64,000 bases of DNA from Prorocentrum cordatum (Eukaryota). Numbering within the stretch: the stretch's first letter is position 1; each line of letters begins with the position of its first letter. The translations under genes were made by a program, and so were the position numbers. The notes below the pieces were generated by a model that was not told the origin of the DNA, ran no database searches, and worked only from the letters and a program-made list of their open reading frames with translations. The stretch spans positions 558,001 to 622,000 of the forward strand of contig CAUYUJ010000126.1 of the NCBI GenBank assembly GCA_963575745.1. Reading direction: 5' to 3'. This document shows, piece by piece, positions 12,078-22,904 of this stretch.

Positions 12078-13076
12078 GAGAAGGGAGGCGGAGAGCGGGG
12101 AACGGGGGGGGGGCGAGGGGAAGCGCGCGCCCGTGCGCGACGCCCTCACAGCGACCGGGCAGTTCCTGGGCCCCGGAGGCCCCAGGTCGCCGTGCGACGT
12201 CCTCGGAGGACTGCCCGAAGCCCAGGACCCGCGCGGCCACCCCGAGTCGCCACGTTGCGTCATGCCGCACCGGTCTGGGGGCCCTCGACGAGTCTCGGAG
12301 CCTGGGTCGGGGACCGAGCCAGCCGGCCGGGGGGCCCCCGGAGTCGCGGAGCCGGGGTTGCCACGTGCGGTGGAGGCCAGTCCACAAGAGAGACCTTCGA
12401 CGAGAAACCCAGCCCTGAGACACCAGGACGTCCATGGATTTTTGGCGTGGGAACGTCACGCTCTCCATGGCAAAAACATCGAAGAAATCCACGGCACCTT
12501 GGAGTTTCTTGACATGGGTCCCCACTGTAGTAGCCCACAAGCCTGGGGCAGCGCGTGGGCGGAGCACGGGGGGGTCATCCCCCCTGACTGCCAGACCAGG
12601 GTCCGCCAGAAAGGATCAAAGGCGGCTTTGGCTGTCCCCATGAGAGCTGACCCTGGTCGGATGAGGAGGAGGAGGAGGAGGAGGAGGAGGAGGAGAAACG
12701 ATGGATTCGGCATGTGTCGGGGGTTCGGTACGGCAGGTCAGTGTCGTGTCGACCGTGACGTTGGTTTTCGACTCGGCGTGGATCGTTCAACCTTGGACGA
12801 TCGGCCGTTCCCTCAACGCCCGATCGTTCAACATTAGGCCGATCACGGGTGGCCAGCGGCGTTCAACCCTGAACGCCAGCGGCGGGGTCGCCGCCAGTCG
12901 ACACGACGCGAACCTTTCGTATTTTGCTGTGTATTGGGCTGGGAAGGGGGACAGGCGGACGGCGACGACGGCGACGGCAAGGGCGACGAGAGGAGGAGGA
13001 GGAGGAGGAGGAGGAGGATGAGGAGTTCTGGAGTTCTGGGTATGGCGACAGTGTCGGTTACTGGTGACTGAAGCGG

Positions 13077-15878
13077 CTACTTGCCCTGCCGCTTCCCGCT
13101 GGCCAGCTCGGCTTTACTGAGAGCTTTCGGCCAGAGGCCTCGGGAAATTCTATCTACGTAATGCGTTCGATTACCTGATATGACCCCCTCGCACTCAACG
13201 GCTATCGCTCGAATCTGTTGCGAAGCGTAGCAGCCGCACTTAGTGCAGAACCAGAGGTCTAACCCCGAGTGGAAACTTAAAGCATGTGATTCATGTGAGA
13301 ACCCCCCCCCAAGATGCACCCTTAGCCCAGGAGGCGGCCTATACTGAATCCCGTCAATACTTATAAGAGAAAAGCAAGGGGAGCTCAACCAAGCACTTTT
13401 GCGGGCCCAGGACGTAAAACCCTGACACCTGGAACAGCTCTTTGCATTTTCCTTGAGACAGTGAGTACTATTGAACATGGCACACACACTGGCCGCTGGA
13501 GGCCGTACTATGTCAGAATTTTGCTGCCTACGCCTACGCCTGCCACCCTGCTCAGCAACTAACCGCTCTTCAGCTTGAATAGCCTCGAGTGTGCTTTGAA
13601 GGATACGCATGCGGACTGCGAAGGCCTGCTGCTCGACACTGTGTATGCGTGCACGTTCAGACTCTGCTAGCCTAGCATCCTGTGCGCCAGCGGACGCGAA
13701 ACAATCAGCTACAGTATTTCCTAGTACAAGAAGACGGGGTGCAACGCCTCGTACTATATCTACACCCTCAAGATGGGAGTGAACGAACAAAACCGCGCAG
13801 GAAACCTCGGATCCTCGCTCACGCAGGACGCGCCCAACTCTCCACCAAATGTCGGCGTCAGGGCCCGAGGGGTCGAGCCACTTACGCTGATACCAACCTA
13901 AACTGACAGCATCGTTATCTGTAGTGTACACACAATGTCCAGACACACGCTGCAAGCACGCTAGAAGGCACCAGATCTCCCCACGGGCGACAGTCTGCCT
14001 ACGACCTGGAAGAGGCCCCCAGGCACCTACTGAAATCTCCATTCGTTCATCTAACTGCTGAAATGACGCGATTCCTAGGCCTACACGTCGGAGGAGGGGG
14101 TGGTGGGTGTCCTTCCCCCCACTCGCGTCTCCAAACACAAACAGTGGCCTATTAGACGTCCCTGAACCTAGAAAATCAAAAGCCCTACCATCAACGGTCG
14201 CCCACATCTCGGCCTCAGGGGGCGGGGTAACCTCCATCCAGGCCCTGGGGATTAAACCGCGAGTCCAATAACATTCTTCAGCCTCAGCCTGAGCATAGGC
14301 CTTCGAAACAATGTCCTCGCTGAGTTTTAAAATCGGATGGGACGACTGGGAACTGCATCCCCAAATTCGGTGAAAATCCGTTTCAGGCTCATGATTACAC
14401 CTAGGGCACAGGAGGGAGAGGGTCTGGCGGCATCTCGTCTGGCGACGAGTTCTCGGCCAGCTCGCGCCTGCCGCCGCGGCCAGCAGCAGGCCCGCCAGCT
14501 TGACACCGCCTGGTGCCTGCTCGAGCTGGGCCAGCAACTTCCTGTACGAAAAGTTGCAGATGCCGTTCTCCATGCCTCCCCCTCCGTGGTGCTGTGCTGC
14601 TTTCTGCCACGTTTGGTCCTGGACCGACTGCCTGTACTCTATGAAGAAGGGCTCAGGCACGTCGAGGATGGAATGGCCAGTGAGGTCGTCGAACTTGAAC
14701 TGCCACGCGTACTGGCCACTCGGCACTGTCCATTCTGTCGGCGAGTCGGGCGTCCATCCCGCCTGCAACAGTGAGGAAATGACAGTTCCTTGGGGTCCAC
14801 GAATCCTGCGGCACCGAGCGGCTGGAGGGAGGCTGGACAACTCGTTGACGATTTGCTTCCATGAAAGATTCACACCTGCATGCACTGACAGTCTTGACGA
14901 CCACATGGCCAACCACATGCGTAGTGTATCTGTGGGCAACTTGTACTGAGGATCTCGGTCGGGGGCTCTCAAGCCCAGCAACGTCGTCACACATCTGCCA
15001 GTAAGTCTAGGTCCCACCGCATTGGCCAACTTGCGACGAGCCCGCTGCAACTGATCCCCCCATACTCCGTGCAACTGATGTCCGTGCAGACCAGCAGGTT
15101 GGGCGCCCTGCAGCTCAAGGCGGCGGGGCATTCGATACCTGCGAGTCGCTCTCGCAAAACCTACGATCTTCTTGGACATGGCTGTGTGCTTGGCTGCACG
15201 CGTACGTCGAGTGGCACGCCCATGCCGCTTTCCTCCTGAGAGGTTCGCTCCAAGGTAAGCGGCCTGGCTGGCGACCTTGAGGCGATAGCCTTTGGCCGCC
15301 AGCCTGCGCACCACAGCACGAGCATCATCCAGATGTGTACACAGAACTACTGATTTTGGGGAGACTGCAAGACCGTGCCGCTCCAGTTCTGCACATGCGT
15401 CGGCTAAGCACGAAACCATTTTCGCACGAACTGCAGCTCTCGACCCATGTACCGTTTGACTGAAATCGTCCACCCATATTCGATGAGACATATTGACATG
15501 AACTGTAGTGATGTGCTGTAGCACGTAATATGTAGAACACTTTCCGAAACGCGTACCACCTCTAAGTCCTTGCACGATGGAGCGTGTCGGCACGAAGGGC
15601 GCTCCATATGCTCCTGACTGTCGAACACAACGTGCAGCCATACATTGTTGAAGTTCGAGGCCTAATACCTCGGGTGGAAACGAAAGACGAAGTGCGGCTT
15701 TGCCCATTCTGAACCAACCAACTGCATCGTAAAAGCTCGCCACATCGATCATACCATGGCCCGCGGAGGCCCCGAGCTTGACTGCGAGTTCTTCGTCCAC
15801 TGCCCGAAGAAAAACTTCGCGAAGTACGCGTTGCCGCGCACAGCGGCGTCCCAGTGCGCCTCGCACTGGTCGGTCCAA
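13077..15878 (-). CDS. LINE polyprotein, C-terminal part: RT core + CCHC zinc finger + RNase H + Cys/His-rich tail
   Basis: RT motifs IDVASFYD, SIVQG, IWVDD, YLG. CPRC..ETDFHRIWGC finger. RNase H with D-E-D-(H)-D intact: VFGDASG, ARGEI, YTTDN, VHSH, GNTVAD. C-terminal CSRC and HESH..WFCTKCG. The true frame begins at ~15829. Confidence 0.9.
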   Translation of the reverse strand: MDRPVRGALGRRCARQRVLREVFLRAVDEELAVKLGASAGHGMIDVASFYDAVGWFRMGKAALRLSFPPEVLGLELQQCMAARCVRQSGAYGAPFVPTRSIVQGLRGGTRFGKCSTYYVLQHITTVHVNMSHRIWVDDFSQTVHGSRAAVRAKMVSCLADACAELERHGLAVSPKSVVLCTHLDDARAVVRRLAAKGYRLKVASQAAYLGANLSGGKRHGRATRRTRAAKHTAMSKKIVGFARATRRYRMPRRLELQGAQPAGLHGHQLHGVWGDQLQRARRKLANAVGPRLTGRCVTTLLGLRAPDRDPQYKLPTDTLRMWLAMWSSRLSVHAGVNLSWKQIVNELSSLPPAARCRRIRGPQGTVISSLLQAGWTPDSPTEWTVPSGQYAWQFKFDDLTGHSILDVPEPFFIEYRQSVQDQTWQKAAQHHGGGGMENGICNFSYRKLLAQLEQAPGGVKLAGLLLAAAAGASWPRTRRQTRCRQTLSLLCPRCNHEPETDFHRIWGCSSQSSHPILKLSEDIVSKAYAQAEAEECYWTRGLIPRAWMEVTPPPEAEMWATVDGRAFDFLGSGTSNRPLFVFGDASGGKDTHHPLLRRVGLGIASFQQLDERMEISVGAWGPLPGRRQTVARGEIWCLLACLQRVSGHCVYTTDNDAVSLGWYQRKWLDPSGPDADIWWRVGRVLRERGSEVSCAVLFVHSHLEGVDIVRGVAPRLLVLGNTVADCFASAGAQDARLAESERARIHSVEQQAFAVRMRILQSTLEAIQAEERLVAEQGGRRRRRQQNSDIVRPPAASVCAMFNSTHCLKENAKSCSRCQGFTSWARKSAWLSSPCFSLISIDGIQYRPPPGLRVHLGGGFSHESHALSFHSGLDLWFCTKCGCYASQQIRAIAVECEGVISGNRTHYVDRISRGLWPKALSKAELASGKRQGK

Positions 15879-17005
15879 GTGCGGACGTGCACCTCTCTAG
15901 CTCGAGACCACATGCGGCCAAGGTGCGAGAGCAAGCCTATCACTCGATCACCTGATAGTTTCTTGGGTAAGAGAGTGCCCAAGGTGAGAAGGACCTGATG
16001 CGGCCACACCTGGTGTAGCTCACAGAGCGTGAGGATCTCGCCAAGTTCGTCGATCGCCGCGTCGGGTAGCCTATCATAATCATGACTCCCAACTCGGTCG
16101 ACGCCCATGGCAGCGTTGGGCTTCATGCTCCTGAGCGCTTCACGAAGGTCCGAAACTCCTAGTGGCATGAGAGACTCACCCTGGATCCGCTGCCGTATGT
16201 CGACCAACATCTCGGAAATCTGCTGAAACTCATCATCCGCCTTTGAGCTCCAGAACCGTTCCCAGTGCTGAGTCTTGGCATCCATGATATCCTTTGGGTG
16301 AATCAACGTCTTAGGGCCGATCTCAAGGGTGTCGTCAGGGAGCTTCTGATCACGGATGGATTTGTGAAGCGCCCCGACTGCAGGTGTTGTCTCGGCCCAC
16401 TCTCGAAACTCCTGCATCGATCTCTGCACTGCCCTTTGCTGGCTACGACGCGCAAGCCGCGTCGCGTCAGCGTCGAGCTCCTTGAGTTCATCGATATTAA
16501 GCTCGCTGATTCGACTCAAGGTCGCGTGCCACTGAGACCATCTCATACGATCACCTCTACGAACCACTCTGTGACTCTCGTCAGGGCACTGCGTCATGAG
16601 GTTGCGCGCAGCTGCTGTGAGAATCAACTGTTGCTTGTCACCGTTTCGCCGCTGACGATGACTGAGATATGTTCGAACGATTGTTGCAACTCGAGCCCAC
16701 CAGCCCGCGACACGGTCACGAAGTGGCTGGATGCGTTGCGGCTTGGACTGATGGACTTCACATACACGAAACTGCACCGACTGTCCACGACTCAATGTAG
16801 GTGGTGTCTGCTGGTGATGCGTGTATATCGCCAGCTCAACGGACCGAATCCAACTACAATAAAGTGAACTGATATGTGCAGAGAAACCTGACTGGGCTCC
16901 TAGCCGAAATGCTACGGACGACGCAACAGCAGGCGCAGGGAGACTGAATGAGTTCGGAGAGAACCCAATATTTTTCCTGGCCTGGCTCCACGTTTCCTCA
17001 GGCAC
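15749..17005 (-). CDS. LINE polyprotein, N-terminal part (linker + RT domains 0-2), frameshifted into the ORF above
   Basis: HWERFWS, ALRSMKPNAAMGVD, VWP..LLPK..GDRVIGLL..RMWSRAR, WDAAVRGN. Adding 1 nt at ~15830 gives ..VRGNxVLREVFLRAV. The frame stays open upstream to 17437. Confidence 0.85.
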   Translation of the reverse strand: MPEETWSQARKNIGFSPNSFSLPAPAVASSVAFRLGAQSGFSAHISSLYCSWIRSVELAIYTHHQQTPPTLSRGQSVQFRVCEVHQSKPQRIQPLRDRVAGWWARVATIVRTYLSHRQRRNGDKQQLILTAAARNLMTQCPDESHRVVRRGDRMRWSQWHATLSRISELNIDELKELDADATRLARRSQQRAVQRSMQEFREWAETTPAVGALHKSIRDQKLPDDTLEIGPKTLIHPKDIMDAKTQHWERFWSSKADDEFQQISEMLVDIRQRIQGESLMPLGVSDLREALRSMKPNAAMGVDRVGSHDYDRLPDAAIDELGEILTLCELHQVWPHQVLLTLGTLLPKKLSGDRVIGLLSHLGRMWSRAREVHVRTWTDQCEAHWDAAVRGNAYFAKFFFGQWTKNSQSSSGPPRAMV

Positions 17006-18101
17006 CTCAAACGCAACACCAGAGCACGAGCCTGGGGTGTCAGGATCCTGGGTCTGGGAGCTCCCCTGCTGAGACTGGGAACTGCCGTCCTCCGTACTGT
17101 CGGGCTTATCGGGGCTCTGGGGGTTAGAGGGGAATGAATTACTTCGAGCTGGCTCAGCTTCTGACTGTGACGAGCGAGCAAGAGACGCAACAAAGACAGG
17201 TGCGGCTGGGGCGGGCTCGAGCTCGGGGTTGCCGAAGTTGGGCTCGTCGGAAGAGGAGGAGGAGGAGGAGGAGGAGGAGGACGAGCAGGAGAAGGAGGAG
17301 GAGGAGGAGGAGGAGGGGGACGAGGAGGCGGAGGGCCAGAACCCCCATCCGCCCTGTAGGACCAGGCCTGGAGCAAGGGCAGGAGGAGAGGAGCGCAGTG
17401 GAGCTACATTGGAGCCATCTTGGGGGCAATCTTGGGGTCAAACCGACTTCACGAGACCATCTTGGGGCAAACTCGAAGTCGTCTGAGGGTCATGGGCTCA
17501 TCTCGAAGCCCACTCAGGGTGAAATCGGAGTCACGCGGAAGCCTTAGTTCAGTCGGAGAGCCAGCGGCTCGTCTCGGTGCTCTCTTAGGGCCGAAGGGTT
17601 CGATCTAAAGTCGAATTGTATTTGGGCCATTGCTTCGCGGGGAGGGGTATGTTGGGGCCACGGGGGAACGCATGCGATCCACTCACAATTCTGGTGGGGC
17701 CACCTTGAAATCATATGTCCGTTGCTGCCTCTGCCGTCGCTGCTGCTATAGATGCTGCCGTTGCCGCTGGCGTTGCTGATGCTGCCGGTGCTGCCTGCGC
17801 TGCCCGTGGTGCCTGACGCTGTGGCTGCTGCGTCCGTCAACACCAGACCTCCGACGGCTTGGCTTGTCGACCTGCTGGCCCCTGGAACTCTCGACGACCC
17901 CTTTCCTGAGGGTGTGGCGTTTACCCCGAGTCGGTCAACTTCACGGATTGGTCCTCCAGAGGCCGACGGCTTTGACAACAAATGATGTGTCGAGATTTGT
18001 CGAATCGCCAGCGGTCGCGGGTCGTCGCTTCTCACGCTTCTCTGGCCTGCCCCCCCCCCCTCCGTAGGGAGGGGGGCAGGCCAGAGAAAACCATCCAACA
18101 A

Positions 18102-18780
18102 TCCGCCGGCCCCCTTGTGAGACCACCAGGCTGTAGGCCCGTGATTCGCAGTTTCCAGTACCAGTTGTAGTTTGTAGTTTCCAGTGTTACAGTTCTGCTT
18201 CTTGCTGGTTACTGTAACTAGTTGATTGACCGCGCGAGGGGAGGGAGGCCCAAACCAGATTTTTAGCACCACCTGGGCGCGTTGTCTGAATTGCTGGGGG
18301 GGCTCAAAATCGACACCCCTCACGCAGATCCGCGGGGTCAGGGTCCAAAAACACAGGGATTTGCCACATTTCTGAAATTCGGTGCCACCCCTCACGCAGA
18401 TCCGCGGGGTCAGGGTCCAAAAACACAAGGGATTTGCCACATTTCTGAAATTCGGTGCCACCCCTCACGCAGATCCGCGGGGTCAGGGTCCAAAAACACA
18501 AGGGATTTGCCACATTTCTGAAATTCGGTGCCACCCCTCACGCAGATCCGCGGGGTCAGGGTCCAAAAACACAAGGGATTTGCCACATTTCTGAAATTCG
18601 GTGCCACCCCTCACGCAGATCCGCGGGGTCAGGGTCCAAAAACAAACGGGATTTGCCATATTTCTGAAATTCGGTGCCACCCCTCACGCAGATCCGCGGG
18701 GTCAGGGGTCCAAAACCTGCTCTTCCATGGCCCATTCTCCGAGAGAGGGGGCCGGCGGCAGGAGGCGAAGCCCTTACGGA
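18102..18780 (+). mobile_element. Non-autonomous Helitron2/Helentron-like element carrying a 73-bp tandem array
   Basis: A|TCCGCCGGCCCCCT ... AGGGGGCCGGCGG (13-bp asymmetric IR), then a GCGAAGC-centred hairpin and ACGGA|T. Confidence 0.7.
18316..18716. repeat. 73-bp tandem repeat, ~5.5 near-identical units
   Basis: CCCCTCACGCAGATCCGCGGGGTCAGGGTCCAAAAACACAAGGGATTTGCCACATTTCTGAAATTCGGTGCCA at 18316, 18388, 18461, 18534, 18607 and 18680. Confidence 0.95.
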
Positions 18781-18949
18781 TATCCATCAATATCCAGCTG
18801 GATCGAGCATAAGGGAACCTGTGACTGTCATTGAAAAGTCATCAAGTCCAGCGGGAAACCACTAATCTGGGTGACCCTTTCAAACAACCAAAGAGCTTCG
18901 CGCGAGAGAAATGGCCCCCTCCTCCTCCACTCCTGTCTCTTGTTCTATT

Positions 18950-18964
18950 TCCCTCTCTTTCTCT

Positions 18965-18996
<32 letters not shown>

Positions 18997-19050
18997 TTAT
19001 TGTTTCTCTCTCTCTCTCTCTGTTTTCTCTCTCTCTCTTTTTTGTTTTTT

Positions 19051-19102
<52 letters not shown>
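18950..19102. repeat. (CT)n microsatellite
   Basis: Directly visible. Confidence 0.95.
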
Positions 19103-19105
<3 letters not shown>

Positions 19106-19174
19106 GAAAATAATACAGAGGAATCGGTAGCAATCAATAGGAATCCAGCACGGAGAACACCACACGCGGCAATG

Positions 19175-19534
19175 ACAACACAAGCTCACCACATCGATGG
19201 CGAGCTCTCGCTGCGTACGGTTACCTGCGCGACTCTCGTATGAAAGCGACGACGACGATTACGACAACGACAAAGACGACGCGCCGACCCGATTTGAGAT
19301 GTAGCAAATTATGATGCATTCCTTGCACAGAAAGAGAAACTCAAACTTCCTGTGTCGTGCAGGGTTGCCCAGGAAGGATAATTCGATGGGAGAGCTAACC
19401 ACCCAACAATATCCAACACACCGAACATAACATTAGTGCGCAGATAATCCAACGCGCGGCCAACACCGGACAAGCTCAGCACAACTATGGCGAGCTCTTA
19501 CTGCGCACGGCCGCTTGCGCGAGCCCCATATGAA

Positions 19535-19588
<54 letters not shown>

Positions 19589-19720
19589 AATCGCGACGAC
19601 GACGACGACGACGACGACGACAAGGGCGAGGAGACGAGGGCGACGACGATCACGACGTCGAAGACGACGACAATCACGACAATCGCGACGATCACGACGA
19701 CAAGGGCGAGGAGGGGAGGG
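19175..19720 (+). repeat. Two ~75-bp direct repeats, each followed by a (GAC)n tract
   Basis: ACAAGCTCA.CACA..ATGGCGAGCTCT..CTGCG.ACGG..TATGAA at ~19180 and ~19470, each running into GACGAC... Confidence 0.75.
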
Positions 19721-20409
19721 CGATGAGGCGAGGGAGGACGATTATTCCCAGCCTAAGAGAACCGGGTCCTGGACCCTGGGGCCTTCCCTGCAAGACCATG
19801 GCTCTTCCTCCCGAATCGCTCTTTGACAGTCCTCGGGACCGCGGAGGGCCCCGAGGGCCCCAAAACGGCGATAAACCTCGGGACCCGTTTGCCTCAGGAC
19901 CCGCCTCCCCCCTGGCGAACGCTTGCCCCCCCCCCTCGATCGAGATCGCCCCCGCTGGGACGACCTCGCCGCGGCCGGCCGCCCCCGCTCCTCCAGCAGG
20001 TCGCCGAAGCCGAGCTCGCCGCCGCGCCGGCGGCCCGCCGCGGGCGCCGGCGCGCCCGAGGCCTGCAGGGCAGCAAGGTGTGCGGTTGGCGGCGCGGGGG
20101 GGGCCTCGAGGGGAAGGCGGGGGACTTCTTGGAGGAGGCGAGGGCCTTCTCTCAGAAGGGGGACTTCTTAGAGGAGGGGGGCTTCTGATAGGAGGCGAGG
20201 GCCGTCTCTCAGAAGGGCCCAGGGGCTTCCAGGGAGCCCTCGTAGAGCTTCTGAGAAGGCCCCTGCCTTCTATGGAGCCCCGCGGCTCCTTAGAAAGCGG
20301 TTCCTCGCCCGCCGCCGAGTACGGCCGGCGTTGAAGGATAGCAGCAGAGGCAGAAGGCGAAGGCGGTAGAGAGGGGGGGCCTCGACTGGAGGAGGAGAAC
20401 CTGCATGAA

Positions 20410-21085
20410 CACAACCTTTCGGAGGTCCGCGCGGATGTCTTGGATCGGCGGCTGGACTCCCCTGCCTGGCGCGGCACGGGCTCGGTTCGGGTCTTGATTT
20501 GGTTCGCAAGGGCCGGCTTCGCTGGGGCTCGGTTCGCCCGACTCGATTCGCCCAGCTCGGTTCGCCAGGAATCGGTTCGCCGGGAATCCGTTCGCCTGAC
20601 TCGATTCGACAGGGCTCGTCTCGCCAAGGCTGGATTTGCTGGGGCTCGTTTCACGGGGGCTTGTTTCGCCGCGGCTCGCTTTGCCGGGCGCGGACCCCAA
20701 CGGGCGGGTCGCGTCGGGCGGGCGGACCACTCGCCAGGCCTCGCTTCACCGGGGCTTGTCTCGCCGTGGCTCGCTTCGCCCGGCGCGGACCCTAACGGGC
20801 GGGTCGCGTCGGGCGGGCGGACCCTCACGGGCGCCTTGGGCGAATCGAGCTGGGCGAATCGAGCCGGCGAATCGAGCCCCAAGCGAATTCAGCCAGTCGG
20901 GCGAATCGAGCCGGGCGAATCGAGCCCAGGCGAATCGAGCCAGCCGAATAGAGCTGGGCGAATCGAGCCTTGGGCGAATCGAGCCTACGCCCCTGGCGCG
21001 CGCCAGGAGCGAACCCAACGGCACCGCCAGGGCGTCCCAGTCGCCGATCCAAGAAAACCGCGCGGACCTCCGCAAGTTTACGTTT
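20410..21085. mobile_element. Composite TIR/foldback element with internal CGAATCGAGC repeats
   Basis: GGAGGTCCGCGCGGATGTCTTGGATCGGCG ... CGCCGATCCAAGAAAACCGCGCGGACCTCC; internal repeats change orientation at ~20830; partial copy at ~58655-58715. Confidence 0.75.
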
Positions 21086-21788
21086 ACGACGATGCTGAGC
21101 ATGATCCTTCATATTAGTACTATGATTCTTATGTGTCATTAGTAGTACACCTACTGTTAATAGTATTAGTACGACTAGCACTACTTTTCTCATGATTATG
21201 TATTATTGAGGTTACTGGCAATAGTAAAATTACTCGTTTTCTTAGTACAAGATGTATGTATTATGAATTTTAGATTATCTGCTTCTCCGATGAACGATCG
21301 CCTTTGCCTGCGCGGAGGGAGGGAGGCGGGGGCCCTGGGGGGGTAGAGGCAGCAGCAGCAGCTGGCGGCGCGCTCAGGGGGTGTGGCGCGAGGAGCGTGG
21401 CCTCCTCCAGAGGCGGGGTGCTTCCTGCGGTTGGCGCCGGAGGGAGAGCGTGCAACACGGATCCCCGAAAGGCACGCCCTCCCTGTGGGGCGATCTCCCG
21501 CGCAGGCCCCCCTTTGTGCGCGCTGCCTCGGCGCCGCGGCCGTGCGCGCGGCGGCGCGGCGCAGAGCAGGCCGAGAGAGAGAGAGAGAGAGGCGCCCGCC
21601 GGCCCGCCCCACGCGCCGCGGCGGGCCGTGCACACCCACGGGCAGCGTCGCGCCGCGTCGGCGCGGCAGCGACCCCCCAGCGCGGACGCGCGAGGTTGCA
21701 CGCCGCTGGTGGCCCAGCAGCGGGCGACGTGGAACGGGCTGCGCTGTACAGGCCGGCCGCGGCCGTTTCATGCTGAGCGACCCACGCG

Positions 21789-21957
21789 CTCGGGGATCTC
21801 CAAAGAGGCACCGATACCGCTGTACTCCCCAGGCCTCTCCCGGGGTGCGTTCTGGCCATGACTCCGAGGCGAAGCCAGCGGCGGCGACGAGGGCCGCCCA
21901 GGAGGCCCAAGGAGGGGAGAACCAGGGATGGGCAGAGGCATGGGTACCTTTCTCCTC
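21789..21957 (-). mobile_element. AGGTACC-TIR element, candidate introner
   Basis: Minus strand reads GAG|GAGGAGAAAGGTACCC ... GGTGCCTCTTTGGAGATCCCCGAG|, i.e. a GAG direct repeat. Confidence 0.7.
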
Positions 21958-22752
21958 CTCTGAGCGTGGTCCGAAACCCGCGGATAAAACGTCACGACGG
22001 TACAGGGCAATTTTTAATACATGATCCGCACGCGGAGCATGAATTAAAAACGGCACTGTAGCCGGCCCTGCACCGCCCCTCGTGCCGTGCTCCCCCGGGC
22101 CGCGGGCCCGTGCAGGCGCAGGGCACGGGTCCTGGGCCAGGGAGGGGGCGCGGCCAGGGGCGGTGCCCACGCGTTGATCTGGTCGCCCGAGCACGGGGAG
22201 GGGGAGGGGGGGCGATATGAAGGCGCCCTGGGACACGCAAGTAAATACACACACAAATAACAGGATTCTCTATATGTTCCCACATGTTCTGGGTTTTTGT
22301 CTTCCCCCCCACTTCCTCTATGTTCACATATTTTCATTTTCATTAAAATCGACGATGAAGTGTCTGTGTTTTTTTCCTGATACGATCGGGGGCGCGCAAG
22401 CATGGATTGGCGATCCGTGGATTTGGCGCGCGGTCGCCAAATCCATGGCCCGGGGGAGGTGGCCTCCCCAAAATTCGGCCGGTGCCGCCTCGCTCAGCGG
22501 CGGAAATCCGCGATTTGCCATGCAGACGGGACCCGTCGCTAATCCACGCCCCCATTGATCCATGCTTGCGATCGCCTGAGGCAAGCAGACTCTTCCCTTG
22601 CCACCAGTTTGAGGTTCTCTTCGCCCCCTGGAGGGTCAAGGCCCATTCCATCAGGCAAGCTCGACGAGAGCTTCAAGACGGCGGCACTGCCGCGCCGATC
22701 GGCCCACTGTGGGCTACACCCAGGGTGCGGGAGGACGGCTCGCCGGAATGAA

Positions 22753-22904
22753 CCAGCCTCGAACGTGTCCCTACCCCTAAGAGTAACAAGCCCAAAGTCG
22801 ACGACAATCTTGGGGATGCGCCCTCAGCAACGGAGGGAACCCCCAAGATCGGCATCGAGATGCGGCGATGCCAATCACAGGGACAGGGATCTGTCCCAGG
22901 CTGG
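22753..22904. mobile_element. MITE family D copy
   Basis: CCAGCCTCGAACGTGTCCCT ... AGGGATCTGTCCCAGGCTGG. Confidence 0.8.

Larger units (their letters stand above)
12661..17250 (-). mobile_element. Non-LTR retrotransposon (LINE) with RT, CCHC finger and RNase H; 5'-truncated or interrupted; ends in a (CCT)n tail
   Basis: Two long overlapping ORFs joined by one frameshift, a ~380-nt 3' region, and a (CCT)n run at 12663-12695 on the element strand. No endonuclease domain was found upstream. Confidence 0.85.

Noticed and set aside
12781..12880. tRNA gene or tRNA-derived SINE (GTTCAA motifs)
   Set aside because: GTTCA lies in stems rather than T-loops, and there is no cloverleaf geometry or A box.
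18316..18716. CRISPR array
   Set aside because: Identical head-to-tail 73-bp units with no unique spacers and no cas genes.
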